DNA of 64,000 bases from Longimicrobiales bacterium (GCA_965219445.1 CBDCNQ010000005.1:448001-512000), one strand, 5' to 3'. Shown: positions 30,030-41,929, numbered from the stretch's first letter. Numbers and translations: made by a program. The notes: generated from the sequence alone by a model not told the origin.

Positions 30030-31478
30030 GATGGTGTCCCGCTGACAGTTGAAGGTGGTGGCTCCGGAGAGTCTCCTTGTTAGCCTGCCTTTCTCATTTC
30101 GGCAACCGGTTCATGGTCGTCGAGGTGGGCCCTGAGCATCCAGAGCTGGTCGTAGCCGATGATCCTCCGGTAGCTCTTCTCGGTCTCCACGAACGAGGCC
30201 GCAGCCCAGCGCAAGGCCATCGCTCCGTTCTTCCAGTTGGTCACCCTGCGGGTCTTCTGTCTTACGCCCGAGTGGGTGCTGTCGATCAGGTTGGTCGAGC
30301 CCAGGCACTTCCTCAGCCGCGGCGGGAGGCCGAGCCGGTTGATCGTGAACATCTCGCTGAGGCCTTCGCGTAGGCTGGCCGAGGCCGAGGGGTGGTCGCG
30401 CTCGAGCCATCGGGCGAGCTGCTCGAGCTTCTGCTCGCCCTGCTTCGCGTCCAGCTTCATCGCCGCCCGGAACGCCGCCTTCACCTGAGGATGCTGATCC
30501 TTCGGCAGATGACCCAGCACGTTGCGGAGCTTGTGGTTGCGGCAGCGCTGGATGGGGTGACGTTGGCCGAACACCTTCTCGATCGCCTTCCTGAGCGCTT
30601 TCGAGCCATCGATCACGAACAGCCGCCGCCTGCCCGGGTCCAGGCCGCGCTCGACCAGATCCTCTAGGAGCGCGCTGCTCACCTCGGCGTTCTCACTCGC
30701 TCCTTCCCTCACGCCCAGCACGTGCTTCTTTCCGTCTGAGTCCACGCCTACCGCAGCAAGCACGTGGTGCGAGCCCATCTGGATCCCGTCCAGGTAGATC
30801 ACCAGGAGGTCCCACGCATCCAGCCGGCGCTCCATCAGCTCCTTCAGCACGCGCTCCGAGGCCTCGACCGTCTCACGGCTCACCGCCGACTTGCTCACCC
30901 CGACCGTGTCGGCCATCTCACCGATCACACGGCCGTACTTCCGCGTGCTCACCCCCGCCATCAGGACCTCGAGCATCCGATCCGCCACGGCGCCCGGTCT
31001 CCGCATCGCTGCGTACGCCGGCACCTCGACCTCGCCACCCTCCCCGGCGCCTGAGCCGTGGCCGCTCCACACGCACCTTCCGGTCCGACAGGTAAAACAC
31101 ACCACCCTGCCGGCCATACCACACCGTGTCGTCTTCCGCTCGTGACCGACCTGCCTGCTTCACGCCTGCCACACCCTCGGCGCTCATCTCCAGCACCGCT
31201 TCGATCGTCGCTCGTCCCATCACCTGGATGACTTCGTCGATCGCGACCTCCGTCTGCTCCACGAGCTCAAGCATCGGAAGCAGAAACTGCCCCTCCCGCT
31301 TCAGGAACTCCCTGATCGCGCGCTTGTCCGCCCGATCCCTTACCTCGTACGTTCTCTTCATCGTGGTGGCTCCGTGTTGGGGTTTTTGCCTACCCGAGCC
31401 TATCGGCCCGGGACCCCCGGAGCCACCACTTTTCTTTCTCCCCTATCAGGAACCTTCAACTACGGTTGGGACAGCTTC
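30030..31478 (-). mobile_element. IS256-family element with frameshifted transposase (31361->30080)
   Basis: Imperfect IRs GATGGTGTCCC..AGTTGAAGGT / GAAGCTGTCCC..AGTTGAAGGT; GVSTR, YLDG, QRCRNHK, STNLID; frameshift near 31040; no target duplication and the flanks belong to different genes. Confidence 0.9.
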
Positions 31479-31694
31479 CTTGAAACCGAGAACATGGACC
31501 ACTTGGTCGTCGATGCAAGTGTCCTCGAAGCCGGCAAGAAACGAGCGGAAAAGCTTCAAGAGCTTGTTAGTCGATAGTAGGCCGACGTAGCCGAGCCAGT
31601 CTTCGCCGAACTGAATGGGTAGGACATATAGGTGGTATGTGGCATCACTGATTTTCACTTTCTTGAAATACTCGACCTCTACGCTGCTCTGTGA

Positions 31695-32024
31695 CTGGAT
31701 CAACATTTCCTCACGTCAGCCGAGGGAGATCCTCACAACGTCCCCTATCGATTCGCGTTCCCGCCTGTTATTCGAGAGCATGAAGGCGTTTCACTCTTTA
31801 TTCCGGACACCTATGTTGACATAACTCCTTTCTACCAGACCAAGCTAGAAGCGCTACGCTGTCATGAATCGCAGATACAAGCGTCCCCGCACCTCTTGGA
31901 AATTGTGGAGGCCAAAGCTAGATACTATGGCGCCTTGAGCGGAGTACGATATGCTGAAGCGTTGAAGGCGGAAAACCCTACGCCGACTGAGATTGTTCCG
32001 GAGTGGGGCCAGGAAGTTGGATAA
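31695..32024 (+). pseudogene. PIG-L/LmbE-family deacetylase, C-terminal fragment (absent from the ORF track)
   Basis: Open frame reading FIPDTYVDITPFYQTKLEALRCHESQ...ARYYGALSGVRYAEAL; no start codon upstream of these motifs. Confidence 0.75.
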
Positions 32025-32982
32025 CATGGTTCGCTCCGCGCAGAACTCGGACTCTCAGCATGAGCTGGCGGAAGTGCCCGCGGCTGTAGGTCTGGCGTGT
32101 GGCGCGAGTAACCGCGCCAGCGGCATCGAGCAAGTTGGCCGCGAGGAGAGTGAGCACAATGGGCGCCTCGTTGGCGGCAGAGTATGGGCGCGGCGAACAT
32201 TAGGAACAATGACAACAAGCAAGAAGATAATGAGCCCTGAGATGTTTTGGCCCGGTCAGGCTGTAGTGGATCCCATCGCGGCCAACGCAATTCATGTTTG
32301 GGCGGCCTCGCTGGACGTGTCCCGAGACCGGCTCCAGCAACTCGCGGCGACGTTGTCTTGTGATGAACACAGTCGCTGCACTCGATTCCGGAATGTCGGA
32401 TTATCACGTCGGTGGGTGGCTGCGCGCGGTTTGCTGCGCGAAATGCTGGGCGAGTATTTGAGCGTCGATCCGAAGGACATCCGATTCGCCTACGACGAGC
32501 ACGGAAAGCCATCGGTAGCGGAGCCGGCCTGTGGCTCCCCGGTGCAATTCAATCTCTCCCATTCCAATAGCCTAGCCCTTTATGCCTTCTCGGCTGGGGT
32601 TCCTGTGGGAGTGGACACTGAAAAGGTGGTCCACTTCGCCAATATGGCCAACATAGCCGACCAGTTCTTTTCGCCCGCCGAGCGCGCCGGGCTTGATACG
32701 GTGGCGCCTTCCTGTTACTGGCGAGCGTTCTACTGCTGCTGGACCCGAAAAGAGGCATATCTCAAGGCGTGCGGAGTAGGTTTACTCTTGCCGCTCGATA
32801 GCTTCGACGTGTCGGTGGTTCCCGGTGAACGGCCCGCCTTGCTCTGGGTGCAGGGAGAGGCCGATGCACCCGAGCGGTGGTCACTCGTCCACCTTCGACC
32901 GGCCCGTAGGTACGTCGGGTCGATCGCCGTGGAGACGCCGACCCCCCAGGTGACGTGCTGGAGCTGGGTGCGATGCGGGTAG
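31993..32982 (+). CDS. Sfp-type 4'-phosphopantetheinyl transferase (start uncertain)
   Basis: HGKP, FNLSHS, VGVDTE, WTRKEAYLKACGVGL. Confidence 0.92.
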   Translation: MFRSGARKLDNMVRSAQNSDSQHELAEVPAAVGLACGASNRASGIEQVGREESEHNGRLVGGRVWARRTLGTMTTSKKIMSPEMFWPGQAVVDPIAANAIHVWAASLDVSRDRLQQLAATLSCDEHSRCTRFRNVGLSRRWVAARGLLREMLGEYLSVDPKDIRFAYDEHGKPSVAEPACGSPVQFNLSHSNSLALYAFSAGVPVGVDTEKVVHFANMANIADQFFSPAERAGLDTVAPSCYWRAFYCCWTRKEAYLKACGVGLLLPLDSFDVSVVPGERPALLWVQGEADAPERWSLVHLRPARRYVGSIAVETPTPQVTCWSWVRCG

Positions 32983-33441
32983 GGGAATTGGGCCGGAGTG
33001 TGAAGGCGCTGGAGAGCCACGAGGTGGAGGCGCGTCTACGGGGAAGGGAGCCTGCACCGTCATCTGAACGAGATGAAGGCCTTGTTACCCAACATGCCTC
33101 TTGTCTTTCAACCCATCACTCGTCGGTGTTCTAAGGGAATCCTTGAGACCATCATAGTGCCAGTCCGAGCGGGCGTGAATGCGCGTCGAGTGAAGAGTTT
33201 TGTGGCCGTAGTCGATGCCCGGAAGGACGTTCGAGCACCTGAGGTCCGTCCGGGACCAGGCTGCCTAATGGTACATGAACCGGCCACCGTTGACGTGTAG
33301 GGCCTGCCCAGTGCTCAAGGGATCAGGATGACGCCACACGCTCCAGTCGTTATTCTAAGGGGTGCACGGCGACACGAGTCCTGTTCCCGCCAGGGTGGAA
33401 GGAAGGGTGAACAATGAGCGACACTGACATGTTGGGTGCAC

Positions 33442-33750
33442 CGGAGCCTGTCAACGCCAGTGAGACACTCTTGGGAATTAATTAGAGAGCAATCTCCTGT
33501 GTCGTGAGGGAGGGGGTTGGAGGATTGATCCAGACGGCCTCCGGGAGCGGTTTGGGCTTCGGCTCACCGGAGACGAAGCGCTCGGGATGAGCGGCCCAAG
33601 CCTCGCGTAGCACGGCCTCCCTGCCGGCGATGACCTGATCTGCATTCCCGAAGTGGACCTGTTCGGGGGTCAGCATCGAGATACCGCCATGGCGGTGCTC
33701 GGCGTTGTACCAGCGGAAGAACGAGCGACAGAAGGTTTTGGCCTGGCCCT
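33442..33750 (-). mobile_element. IS3-family 3' fragment closely related to the element at 44215-45774
   Basis: Near-identical to the last ~300 bp of that element, including the end TGTCTCACTGGCGTTGACAGGCTCCG. Confidence 0.9.
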
Positions 33751-34334
33751 TTAGAGGGCACTGACTGCGGAGGATCACGCGCGATTCCAGGAACAGGAGC
33801 AGGGGTATCTCGGGCCATTCAAGCTCTACGAGCCGGAGGAGATGCGGACCCGCTGGCAGCGACAGCGCATTGAGCTACTCGATCGGACTTTCGCGGTTTA
33901 CTCGGGGCAGAACCACTCTTCGCCGAAGAGTACCATCATGAACTACGATCGCCATCTCGACTGTGAGCTACTTGCGGACCATGTTTGTCACCCGGGGATT
34001 ATCAGCCGGGTGCAGGGCGCATTAGGTCCGGACATCGTTTGCTGGCGCACTGAGTTCTTTGCCAAGTATCCCGGCGACGAAGGTACGGACTGGCACCAGG
34101 CAGACACGTTTGCGAATGCTTCGGGCAAGCCTCAGATCGTCTGGCCGGAACACCTCAAGAAATTCGGAGGGACCATCACTGTATGGACGGCGTTCACGGA
34201 CTCGAATGAGGAGACGGGTTGCCTCCAATTCGTGCCCGGCACGCATGAGCGGATGTTCTACGACGAGTCGAAGGGCATGCATTACTCGCCGCAGGACATA
34301 AACATGATCGATAAGCGCGGAGTCCGGAGGGGTT

Positions 34335-35712
34335 GAGGTTGGGTCAATAGGTGTGTAAACGTATCAGGCGGCATTCTTCCGCTGTTGGGTTGAGACGGGC
34401 TTTCCGTCTTCGAACTTCCTTCCTTCAAACACGTCCTTGAGGAGGTGAGGAGCGTCGAGCCTTCGGAACCGCTTCTCGGCCACCAAGAGCAACTTCCAGA
34501 TCAGCGCCGTAGCGCTCTCGACCCGCTTGAATCGCTTCGCCGCCGTCGTCCTGAGCCGTAGCGCAGCGAACGGGCTCTCGACCACGTTCGTCGTGCGTAG
34601 ATGCTTCCAGTGATCCTCGGGGAAGTCGTAGAACGCCACCATCCGCTCCCAGTCGTCCTCGAGTACGTCCACCGCCTTCGGATACCACGGCCTGTAGCGC
34701 CTGGCGAACACTTCGCGGGCCTTCACAGCCTCGGCCCGGCTCGGTGCGTAGACCACGGCCCTGAGAAGATCCTTCGCCTCGCTCTGCTCCCGCTGCGGCA
34801 GCCGGTCCAGCACGTTCCTCATCTTGTGGTTCCAGCACCGTTGCTCGCCCGCCTCAGGCCATACCTGCCCGTACTGCGCCCCAGATCGCCGCGTTACCGT
34901 CCGCCATCAGAAGCCGGGGCGCCTCGATGCCGCGTGCCTTCAGATCCCGCAACACCTCGGAGCAGGACTCGACCGACTCTCGGTAGCCCGATCTCAGGGC
35001 CAACACCTCCTTCGTCCCGTCTCGCATCGCGCCCAGCACCACCAGCAGCGCCGCCTTGTCCCGCTCGAGCCCTGCCTTCACGTAGATCCCGTCCGCCCAT
35101 ACGTAGACGACCTCACGGCCCTCCAGGCGACGCTGGCTCCATTCCTCGAACTCCGCCGTCCATCCCGCCCGCAGTCTCCGAATCGAAGACTTCGACAGCG
35201 GTGCCCCCTCGCCTAGCAGTCCCCGCATCGCCAGCTCGAAGTCTCCCTCTGCCAGTCCGTGCAGATACAGCTCCGGAAGCAGAGCGCCCAGCTCCTTCGT
35301 CCGCCTCGCGAACAACGGCAGCACCCGACTCTCGAACCGCTCCTCGACGCCCCGAACCCGAGGGCGTCGGAGTGTGATCGTGCCCGAGCTCATCGCCAAC
35401 CGCCTCGGCTTGCCATATCCGTTGCGGTAGCCCTCGGCCGAGTCCACCGTACTCCTGCGCTCTGACCTCTCCCGGCCTAACAACTCCGTGACTTCCTCCT
35501 CCATGATCTGTTGGATGAACTCCTGCGCCTTCTCCCTAACCATCCCCTCGAGCGTCTCCCACATCAGCCTGCTGGACGCACCCTGGGGTCCCGCGATATC
35601 CTCTCTCATGAGGCGACGTTCCTTTCCCCGGGCTGTCACCCGGGCTCGCTGGTTTAAATCTCAGCGCAAAGGTACGTCGCCTCTCTTTTTACACACCCTC
35701 TGATCCTAGCTC
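34335..35712 (-). mobile_element. IS256-family element inside the halogenase, transposase frameshifted near 34870
   Basis: 8-bp target duplication GAGGGGTT (34327-34334, 35713-35720); 25-bp imperfect IRs ending GGTGTGTAAA; RNGY, WADG, LRTTNVVE. Confidence 0.93.
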
Positions 35713-36149
35713 GAGGGGTTTTTTGGATATGACTACCGTGAGTTGCAGTTGGATCCTGAGTGGATGCCTGATGAATCGCTGGCTGTATCAATCGTGATGC
35801 GCCCGGGGGAAGCGGTGATGTTCTGGTCCACACTGATGCATGCGTCGCATCCTCATGCAGGGAAGACACGAATGATGCGTCTCGGATTCGCAGCGCGGTA
35901 CGTCCCGCCATGCGTAGCAGTCTATCCGGACACGATGTTCCTAGAGGAGTTCGGTGACAGGGTCAATCTCGAAAAGTACGGCGTCGTACTGGTGAGTGGT
36001 CGCGACGACTATCACCACAATCGTTCGGTGACTGCGACGACACGGGGATACAATTTCAAGGCCTGCTAGAGTTCGGGTCCCCATGCCATGGCTCACTCGG
36101 GTCGGGTCGGGTTTCGGACGCAGAGTCGCGGGACGAACATCAACTTCCC

Positions 36150-36749
36150 TTGGCCTTCGCTCCCGGACACATCCCTCGTACGCTGTTCCCGGGGAGATTC
36201 CCTGCGAAGATGACGGATCATGCCTGCCCTAGAGCCCCAGCCCCACGCTCGCGCGGCGCCGCTCTGACAACATGTTGTCCCTGAGTGCCGTTTCGTCATG
36301 GAGCTTCGACGAACTTCACACGGGGCGTCCAGAGATCGCCCATCCGGTTCTGACCCCTAGGATGAGATTCAATATCTCTCACACGGCCAGGCATGTAGCC
36401 TGCGTCGTTACCACCGAAATCGATTGCGGGATCGACGTGCAAGCCAAAGGCCAGGTCTCCGACATACACGCTTTAGCTGGCACAGTGCTGCGTAGCATCG
36501 AGTTTGACGATTTCGTAAAGCTACCGGCCGCGCCACCGGCTGGACCGATTCACGGTACTTTGGACTCTCAAGGAGGCCTACTCAAAGGCTCGCGGCCTCG
36601 GTATTGCGGATCCCCTTCGATAAGCTGACATTCTCGGGGGATCCGTGTCGGTTGAGTATACAGCCGGGGTCGATCAAGTCCTTCGCAGATGATTGGCAGT
36701 TCACCAATGGTCACAGCGAGACGGTCTCTGGTTAGCCGTTGCTATCCGG
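36150..36749 (+). pseudogene. Second Sfp-type PPTase, frameshifted and cut by IS21 (boundaries approximate)
   Basis: GRPEI, RFNISHT, CGIDVQ; in another frame WTLKEAYSKARGLG. Confidence 0.75.
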
Positions 36750-36849
36750 TGTCAATGGCCATCGAAAATGTGACACTTTCGGAACGCGCCGCGGAGGGAG
36801 CGGAGCGACCGGAGCGGGGCGTTCCGAGAAAGGATCTGGTCGGCGCGCA

Positions 36850-37669
36850 TCACCGGGTCCCGCCGTGTTCCGAGCGCTCCGCCGAGACGGCCCGGGAGGC
36901 GGTCGGGTGGATGGCCTTGGAGAGCTCGGCATGGCGGCGCATCCGGTAGCTGTTGCCCCGGATGTTGACCATGTGGCAGCGGTGCAGTAGGCGGTCCAGC
37001 AGCGCGGCGGCCATGACCTCGTCGTGCAGGATCTCTCCCCATTGCTCGAAGCCCTTGTTCGAGGTCAGCACCGTCGAGGCGTGCTCGTAGCGCCGGTTAA
37101 CGAGCTGGAAGAACAGGATGGCGCCGCTGCGGGTGAGGGGGAGGTAACCGATCTCGTCCACGGCTAGGAGCGCGGAGTGGGTGAGGGTCTTGAGTCGGTG
37201 GTTGAGCCGGCCGGCGGCCTGGGCCTCTTCGAGCGAGTCGATGAGATCGGTGAGCGTTCCGTAGTAGACCCTGCGCCCGCTCTCGGCCGCGGCGATGGCC
37301 AGACTGATCGCCAGGTGTGTCTTGCCGACGCCGGGCGGGCCGAGGAACACGACGTTCTCCTTGCGCTCCAGGAAGCCGAGCTCGTGAAGCGAGTCGATCT
37401 GCTCCCGCTTGACCGAGGGTTGGAAGCTGAAGTCGAAGTCCGTGAGCGTCTTGATCGCCGGAAGACGGCTCGATCGCATGGCGGTGGCGAGGCGCCGGCT
37501 GTTGCGCAGCGTGATCTGGGCGGCCAGGAGCCGCTCGATGGCCTCTGCCGCGGTGGTTCCGCCGCCATCCACTCCGGCGAGGAACCTCGTCGAGGGCTTC
37601 CAGGGCGCCCGGCATCTTCAGATCGGCTAGTTGGGCCGCAATGCGCGTGCTCCGGGACCGGGCCTTCAC
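36850..37669 (-). pseudogene. istB: IstB helper ATPase with +1 frameshift near 37583
   Basis: GTGA overlap with istA; GPPGVGKT, DEIGY, TSNK, LDRLLH. Confidence 0.85.
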
Positions 37670-38703
37670 GAGATCTGTCCCGTGATCTCGGCGTACTCGG
37701 ACAGCGGCCGGCCTTCGACCTCCACAACCTGGAGTGCCGAGGGTGGCCGGGTCCGGGTCGTCCGGGGCTCGGGCCGCGGCACCACGGGACGGTAAGGCCA
37801 AGGGGCCGGGGGACTCAGGCAGAGCCGCTCCCACTCGAACCGGTCCGCCACACGCTCCTTCAGCGTGCCGTGGATCCGAACGTTGGCCACGCCGTCGAGC
37901 CACAGGAGGGCCCGTGCGTTGAGATCATCATCCGAGGCGAAGTCGCGACCGTAGAAGAAGTTCCTCCGGATGTAGCTCACCGGCCGTTCCACCTTCCCCT
38001 TCGTCTGGGCCCGGTACGGGCGGCATGCCCGGATCCGGAATCTCCAGTGGTGGCTGAAGCGCAGGAACTCCGAGTTCTCGATCAGCCGTCCACCCTCGTG
38101 GCGCCTGTCGTCGGTGATGACGGCCTTCATCTGGTCGAACAGAAGCTCCGACGGCACGCCGCCGAAATAGGCGAACGACCTCTCCAGCCCCCGGATCACG
38201 ACCGGCATCGTCTGGCGCTCATAGAACCTGAGCCACATCAGCCGCGAGTAGCCCAGCACCACGATCAGCGTGTGCCGCTTGCCCCATGGCAACCGGAAGT
38301 CCGCGAAGTCCACCTGGCCCTGGTGGCCCGGAGGGGTCTCGAACCTCCGGACCGGCTCCACCGGCTCTTGCGGCCGAACCCCGCGCACGTAGCGCTTCAC
38401 CTGGCCGTAGCCGCCCCGATAGCCCGCCGCCTGCACCTCGTTGAACAACCGTACGGCGCTCAGCCTCGGATAGTCCGCCAGCCGGGTGTCGATGATCCCC
38501 TTGTAGGGATCGAGCTTCGACGGCGCCGGAGCTCTCGGCCGGGATCTCACCGCCTCGTCGTCCAGATCCCGGTCCAACTGCCCCGTCGCAATCCAACGAT
38601 ATATCGTCTCGCGGCTCACTCCCACGTGCCGAGCGATCGCCGCCTTCGGCACACCCTGCTCGAGGTAGTGTCGCAGAAGCACCCGCTTCTCTCTCCCGAT
38701 CAT
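37666..38703 (-). CDS. istA: IS21 transposase IstA
   Basis: N-terminal HTH, SKLDPYK, RFETPPGHQGQVDF, FDQMK, TKGKVER. Confidence 0.93.
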   Translation of the reverse strand: MIGREKRVLLRHYLEQGVPKAAIARHVGVSRETIYRWIATGQLDRDLDDEAVRSRPRAPAPSKLDPYKGIIDTRLADYPRLSAVRLFNEVQAAGYRGGYGQVKRYVRGVRPQEPVEPVRRFETPPGHQGQVDFADFRLPWGKRHTLIVVLGYSRLMWLRFYERQTMPVVIRGLERSFAYFGGVPSELLFDQMKAVITDDRRHEGGRLIENSEFLRFSHHWRFRIRACRPYRAQTKGKVERPVSYIRRNFFYGRDFASDDDLNARALLWLDGVANVRIHGTLKERVADRFEWERLCLSPPAPWPYRPVVPRPEPRTTRTRPPSALQVVEVEGRPLSEYAEITGQIS

Positions 38704-39431
38704 CGCGCCTCCTATGCTCAATGGAGACGCTAGAGTAAAGAATGGTCCGGCAAACCTCACCAGCCCCCCGGGTCCACCGCCCCAGCCGATCCTCGCTCAC
38801 CCGCCCAAGGTGTACCATTTTAGATGGCCACATCTGTCCAATTTTGCACGGCCGGTAACATCCGGATCTGTACAGATCCTAAAGTCGAAATAATCCGCCA
38901 ACATTTCCGCGTGTGCTCCGAATGGTCGGCGCCCCGCTATATGAAGCCGTGGTCAAAGAACTGCCGGGGAGAAGGGATGCAAGCAGCATCCTTCGCGCCG
39001 GAGGACGTCTTCAGAGTCGCTTTCGGAGATTAGAACACCGGCATTAACAAGGGGCTGGGGTCGAACCTCCTCACCAAAGTTGGTCTGGGAGCCAATGTTG
39101 ACAATTGATAGCAACCCCCCCCATCACCACGTACTATTGTCGGCGCTCGCGGCTAGAAGTCCCAGGTTCGTCCTCGGTCGGCTCGGTCGGTAGTCGGTCC
39201 CCCGAGCCGGGCACCGACGCGCAGCGTTGGTCAGAAGGCGGGCCCTAAGCTGTCCGAAAATTCTAGTGAGCCTCCGAGATACCGCCGGAGCCCTCGGAGA
39301 GTCCTTCGAGGCTGACGCTTATGGCGCGGAGCCTCGGCGGAGTGTTGGGAAAGTTGTTGGACACGCCGCGGAGCAGCTGTGTCTCACCGGCCAACGCCCG
39401 ACGTAGCCGCCGAGGCACCATTTCAGCTGTG

Positions 39432-41912
39432 TTACGAATCCCTCAGGGATGCACTAGGATCACACGCTGCCGCACGGATCGCTGGGAAGTAACTGGCAGA
39501 CAGCACAACGACGAAGAGCAGAACCGACACGCCGCCGAGAACGGTGGGATCAGTCGGTGTGACGCCGAAGAGCTCACTACTGATCACACGGACCATGCCT
39601 AGCCCGGCTAGAAGACCGATCACTGTGCCACTGATACCCAAACCGGCGGCACCTCGGAGCACCAGACTCAGCACAGACAGTGGGGACGCTCCCAGGGCCA
39701 TTCGAATTCCGAACTCGCGGTATCGTTCGCGCACGAGGAAAGATGTGACAGCATATACACCCGCCCCCGCAATCACGACGGCAAGTAAAGCGAAAGCAGC
39801 GAGAATACCGATCACCTGTCTTCGTCGGGTCCGCCAGCCGGAAAGGTCGTCGGAAACCGTGGCAGGTCTCGCCACTGGCATGCTGGGATCAATGGCTTGC
39901 ACGGATTGACGGATCGCTCCGACGAGTTCTGAAGGCATGTCCCGCGCCCGAACTACGATCGTGATGTTACCCCAAACCTCCGTGTTGAGAGGGACATAGA
40001 CTTCGGGGACCGGCTCCTGTTCTGGGCCATTCGCCCGGACGTTCCCGACGACAGCTACAATTTCTCCCGTAATAGCCTCGCCTCGGTTCGCGCGGTCCGG
40101 CGACTGCCGGAACACCGTGATTTGTTTCCTCAGAGCCAACTCATTAGGCCATAGAGTCCGGGCTAATCTTTCGTTGACCATGAGTGACACCGTGCCCTGA
40201 GTGAGAATCTGCTCGACTCTTTGACTTCCCACCAGAATCGTGAGGCCGGCCGCATCCACATATGTCGGCGAGACCACTCGATAACCGGCCACGACCTCCT
40301 CTTCAGGCAACTCGACCCGCCCCGATACAACAACTCGAGTCGCGATTCGACCACCGACGGAGGGCATGTGGTTAATAAGGCCCACGGATTCAACCCCTGG
40401 GATCGCCGATATCGTCTCTTCCAGTTGGCGATATAATGCCAGCGCAGCTTCGGGATCATCGTATCGCGGGGACGGCGGAAAGATTCTGACGGTCGCGAGC
40501 CTGTCCGCGTCGAAACCCATATCGACGGAACGTACCTCCATCAGGCTCCGAAGGAGCAGACCTGACCCATGCAGAAGAGTGAGTGCAAGCGCGACTTCTA
40601 TAACAACAAGGCCCGACCGAACGTGGCGCGATACTGCTCCCCGTTCACCGACCGTGCCAGATCGGAGGGCCACAGCCGTGCCGCGCCGCGAAGTAATGAG
40701 GGCCGGTACCGCCCCGGCCAACAGCATTCCGACAGCAGAAACAAGGGCCCCGAGCATGACCATCCGGGCATCGACGGACAGTTCCTCGAGGCGCGGGAGG
40801 TTCGCTCCTCCCCAGACCCGGAAGAGATTTACGCTCCATACCGCAAACGCAAATCCGAGTCCACCGGCCACAGCCGCCAGCAGGACCATCTCAACGGTGA
40901 GTTGCTGGGCGATCCGACCCCGGGTGGCGCCGAGAGCGGACCGAACCGCAAGCTGTGGGCTCCGGGCAATACCCCTGGCTAACGTCAGGTTGGCTACGTT
41001 CGCGCAGGCGAGGAGCAGCACTAGGATCACGGCCACGGTCAGTAAGCCGAGTTGTCGCCCGCTATCCCCCAAGACCAGATCTCGTAACGGTCGAAGGCTG
41101 GCACCTATCTCAGCATTTGTATCCGGGTACTCCTGAGCAAGACGTTGGGCGACCCCTCTGAGCTCCTCCTCTGCCGCCTCTGGGGTTGACGTCCCGGCGA
41201 CCCGGGCGAGTACAGCACCATCGACCCTCAACGCCCGGTCGTCGAGGCCTGCCTGCACCGAAATAATCGATCGTAGCGGAAGCCATACCTCCGCCCAGGA
41301 AGGAAACTCTACACCCTGTGGCATCACCCCCAACACCACACTCTCCAGACCGTCAAGATTAAGTGTCCGACCGATCACATCAGGATCACCACCGAAACGT
41401 CCCCTCCAAAGGCCGTAGCTCAGGACTAACACCGGCCGACCGATTTCTTCCTCTTCAGGCGTGAACGATCTGCCCCGGACGGGACGTGTCTGTAGTACGT
41501 CAAAGAACCCGGGGGAAACCGCAGCACCCAGAACTTGCTCGCCTCCGAGGTCGGTCGCGAGCGTGAGTGGAAGACCCCTCACGAACGTAAGTTCCGACGA
41601 AGTCACTTCCCGGCGAAGATCCGCAAAATCGGGGTAGGACGGAGTTAGGATGCCCCCAGAAGGGCGAGTGGAGTACACGGAGTGGAGTTGGTCAGCCTCG
41701 GGGTAAGCGAGTGGTCGGAGCAGTACGACATCGACCACGGAAAAGACCGCCGTACTTGCGCCTAAGCCAAGTGTGAGTGTCCCGCACGCCGCCGCCGTGT
41801 AACCCTTGCTCCTCCACAATGACCTTGTCGCGTAAAGAACGTCTTGAACCAGCCTCTCAAGCCACGTGTTCACGGTCCGCTGCTCTCCTGTCAAAAAATT
41901 TTGCTGGCCCAC
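39432..41912 (-). CDS. ADOP-family duplicated MacB/FtsX-type permease
   Basis: QDVLYATRSL...TLGLGASTAVFS, LACANVANL, VRSALGA, REFGIRMALGA; no ATPase gene adjacent. Confidence 0.9.
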   Translation of the reverse strand: MGQQNFLTGEQRTVNTWLERLVQDVLYATRSLWRSKGYTAAACGTLTLGLGASTAVFSVVDVVLLRPLAYPEADQLHSVYSTRPSGGILTPSYPDFADLRREVTSSELTFVRGLPLTLATDLGGEQVLGAAVSPGFFDVLQTRPVRGRSFTPEEEEIGRPVLVLSYGLWRGRFGGDPDVIGRTLNLDGLESVVLGVMPQGVEFPSWAEVWLPLRSIISVQAGLDDRALRVDGAVLARVAGTSTPEAAEEELRGVAQRLAQEYPDTNAEIGASLRPLRDLVLGDSGRQLGLLTVAVILVLLLACANVANLTLARGIARSPQLAVRSALGATRGRIAQQLTVEMVLLAAVAGGLGFAFAVWSVNLFRVWGGANLPRLEELSVDARMVMLGALVSAVGMLLAGAVPALITSRRGTAVALRSGTVGERGAVSRHVRSGLVVIEVALALTLLHGSGLLLRSLMEVRSVDMGFDADRLATVRIFPPSPRYDDPEAALALYRQLEETISAIPGVESVGLINHMPSVGGRIATRVVVSGRVELPEEEVVAGYRVVSPTYVDAAGLTILVGSQRVEQILTQGTVSLMVNERLARTLWPNELALRKQITVFRQSPDRANRGEAITGEIVAVVGNVRANGPEQEPVPEVYVPLNTEVWGNITIVVRARDMPSELVGAIRQSVQAIDPSMPVARPATVSDDLSGWRTRRRQVIGILAAFALLAVVIAGAGVYAVTSFLVRERYREFGIRMALGASPLSVLSLVLRGAAGLGISGTVIGLLAGLGMVRVISSELFGVTPTDPTVLGGVSVLLFVVVLSASYFPAIRAAACDPSASLRDS

Positions 41913-41929
41913 CGCATTGAGTCATCACG

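Larger units (their letters stand above)
33414..36069 (+). pseudogene. SyrB2/CmaB-family Fe(II)/2OG halogenase in three pieces (33414-33441, 33755-34334, 35721-36069)
   Basis: [39 protein letters not shown] (H-x-A), FFGYDY, FWSTLMHAS; split by an IS3 fragment and an IS256; the first piece is assigned by position and RBS only. Confidence 0.9.
36750..38860 (-). mobile_element. IS21-family element
   Basis: TGT...ACA ends; 5-bp target duplication TCCGG (36745-36749, 38861-38865); istA-istB. Confidence 0.93.

Noticed and set aside
31479..31706. Lower-GC minus-strand ORF fragment next to IS256
   Set aside because: Protein-like but unrecognisable, and it runs into the IS end; not enough to annotate
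30080..37669. Programmed frameshifting in the IS256 transposases and istB
   Set aside because: No slippery heptamers at the shift sites, and these genes are normally single frames; treated as mutations or errors
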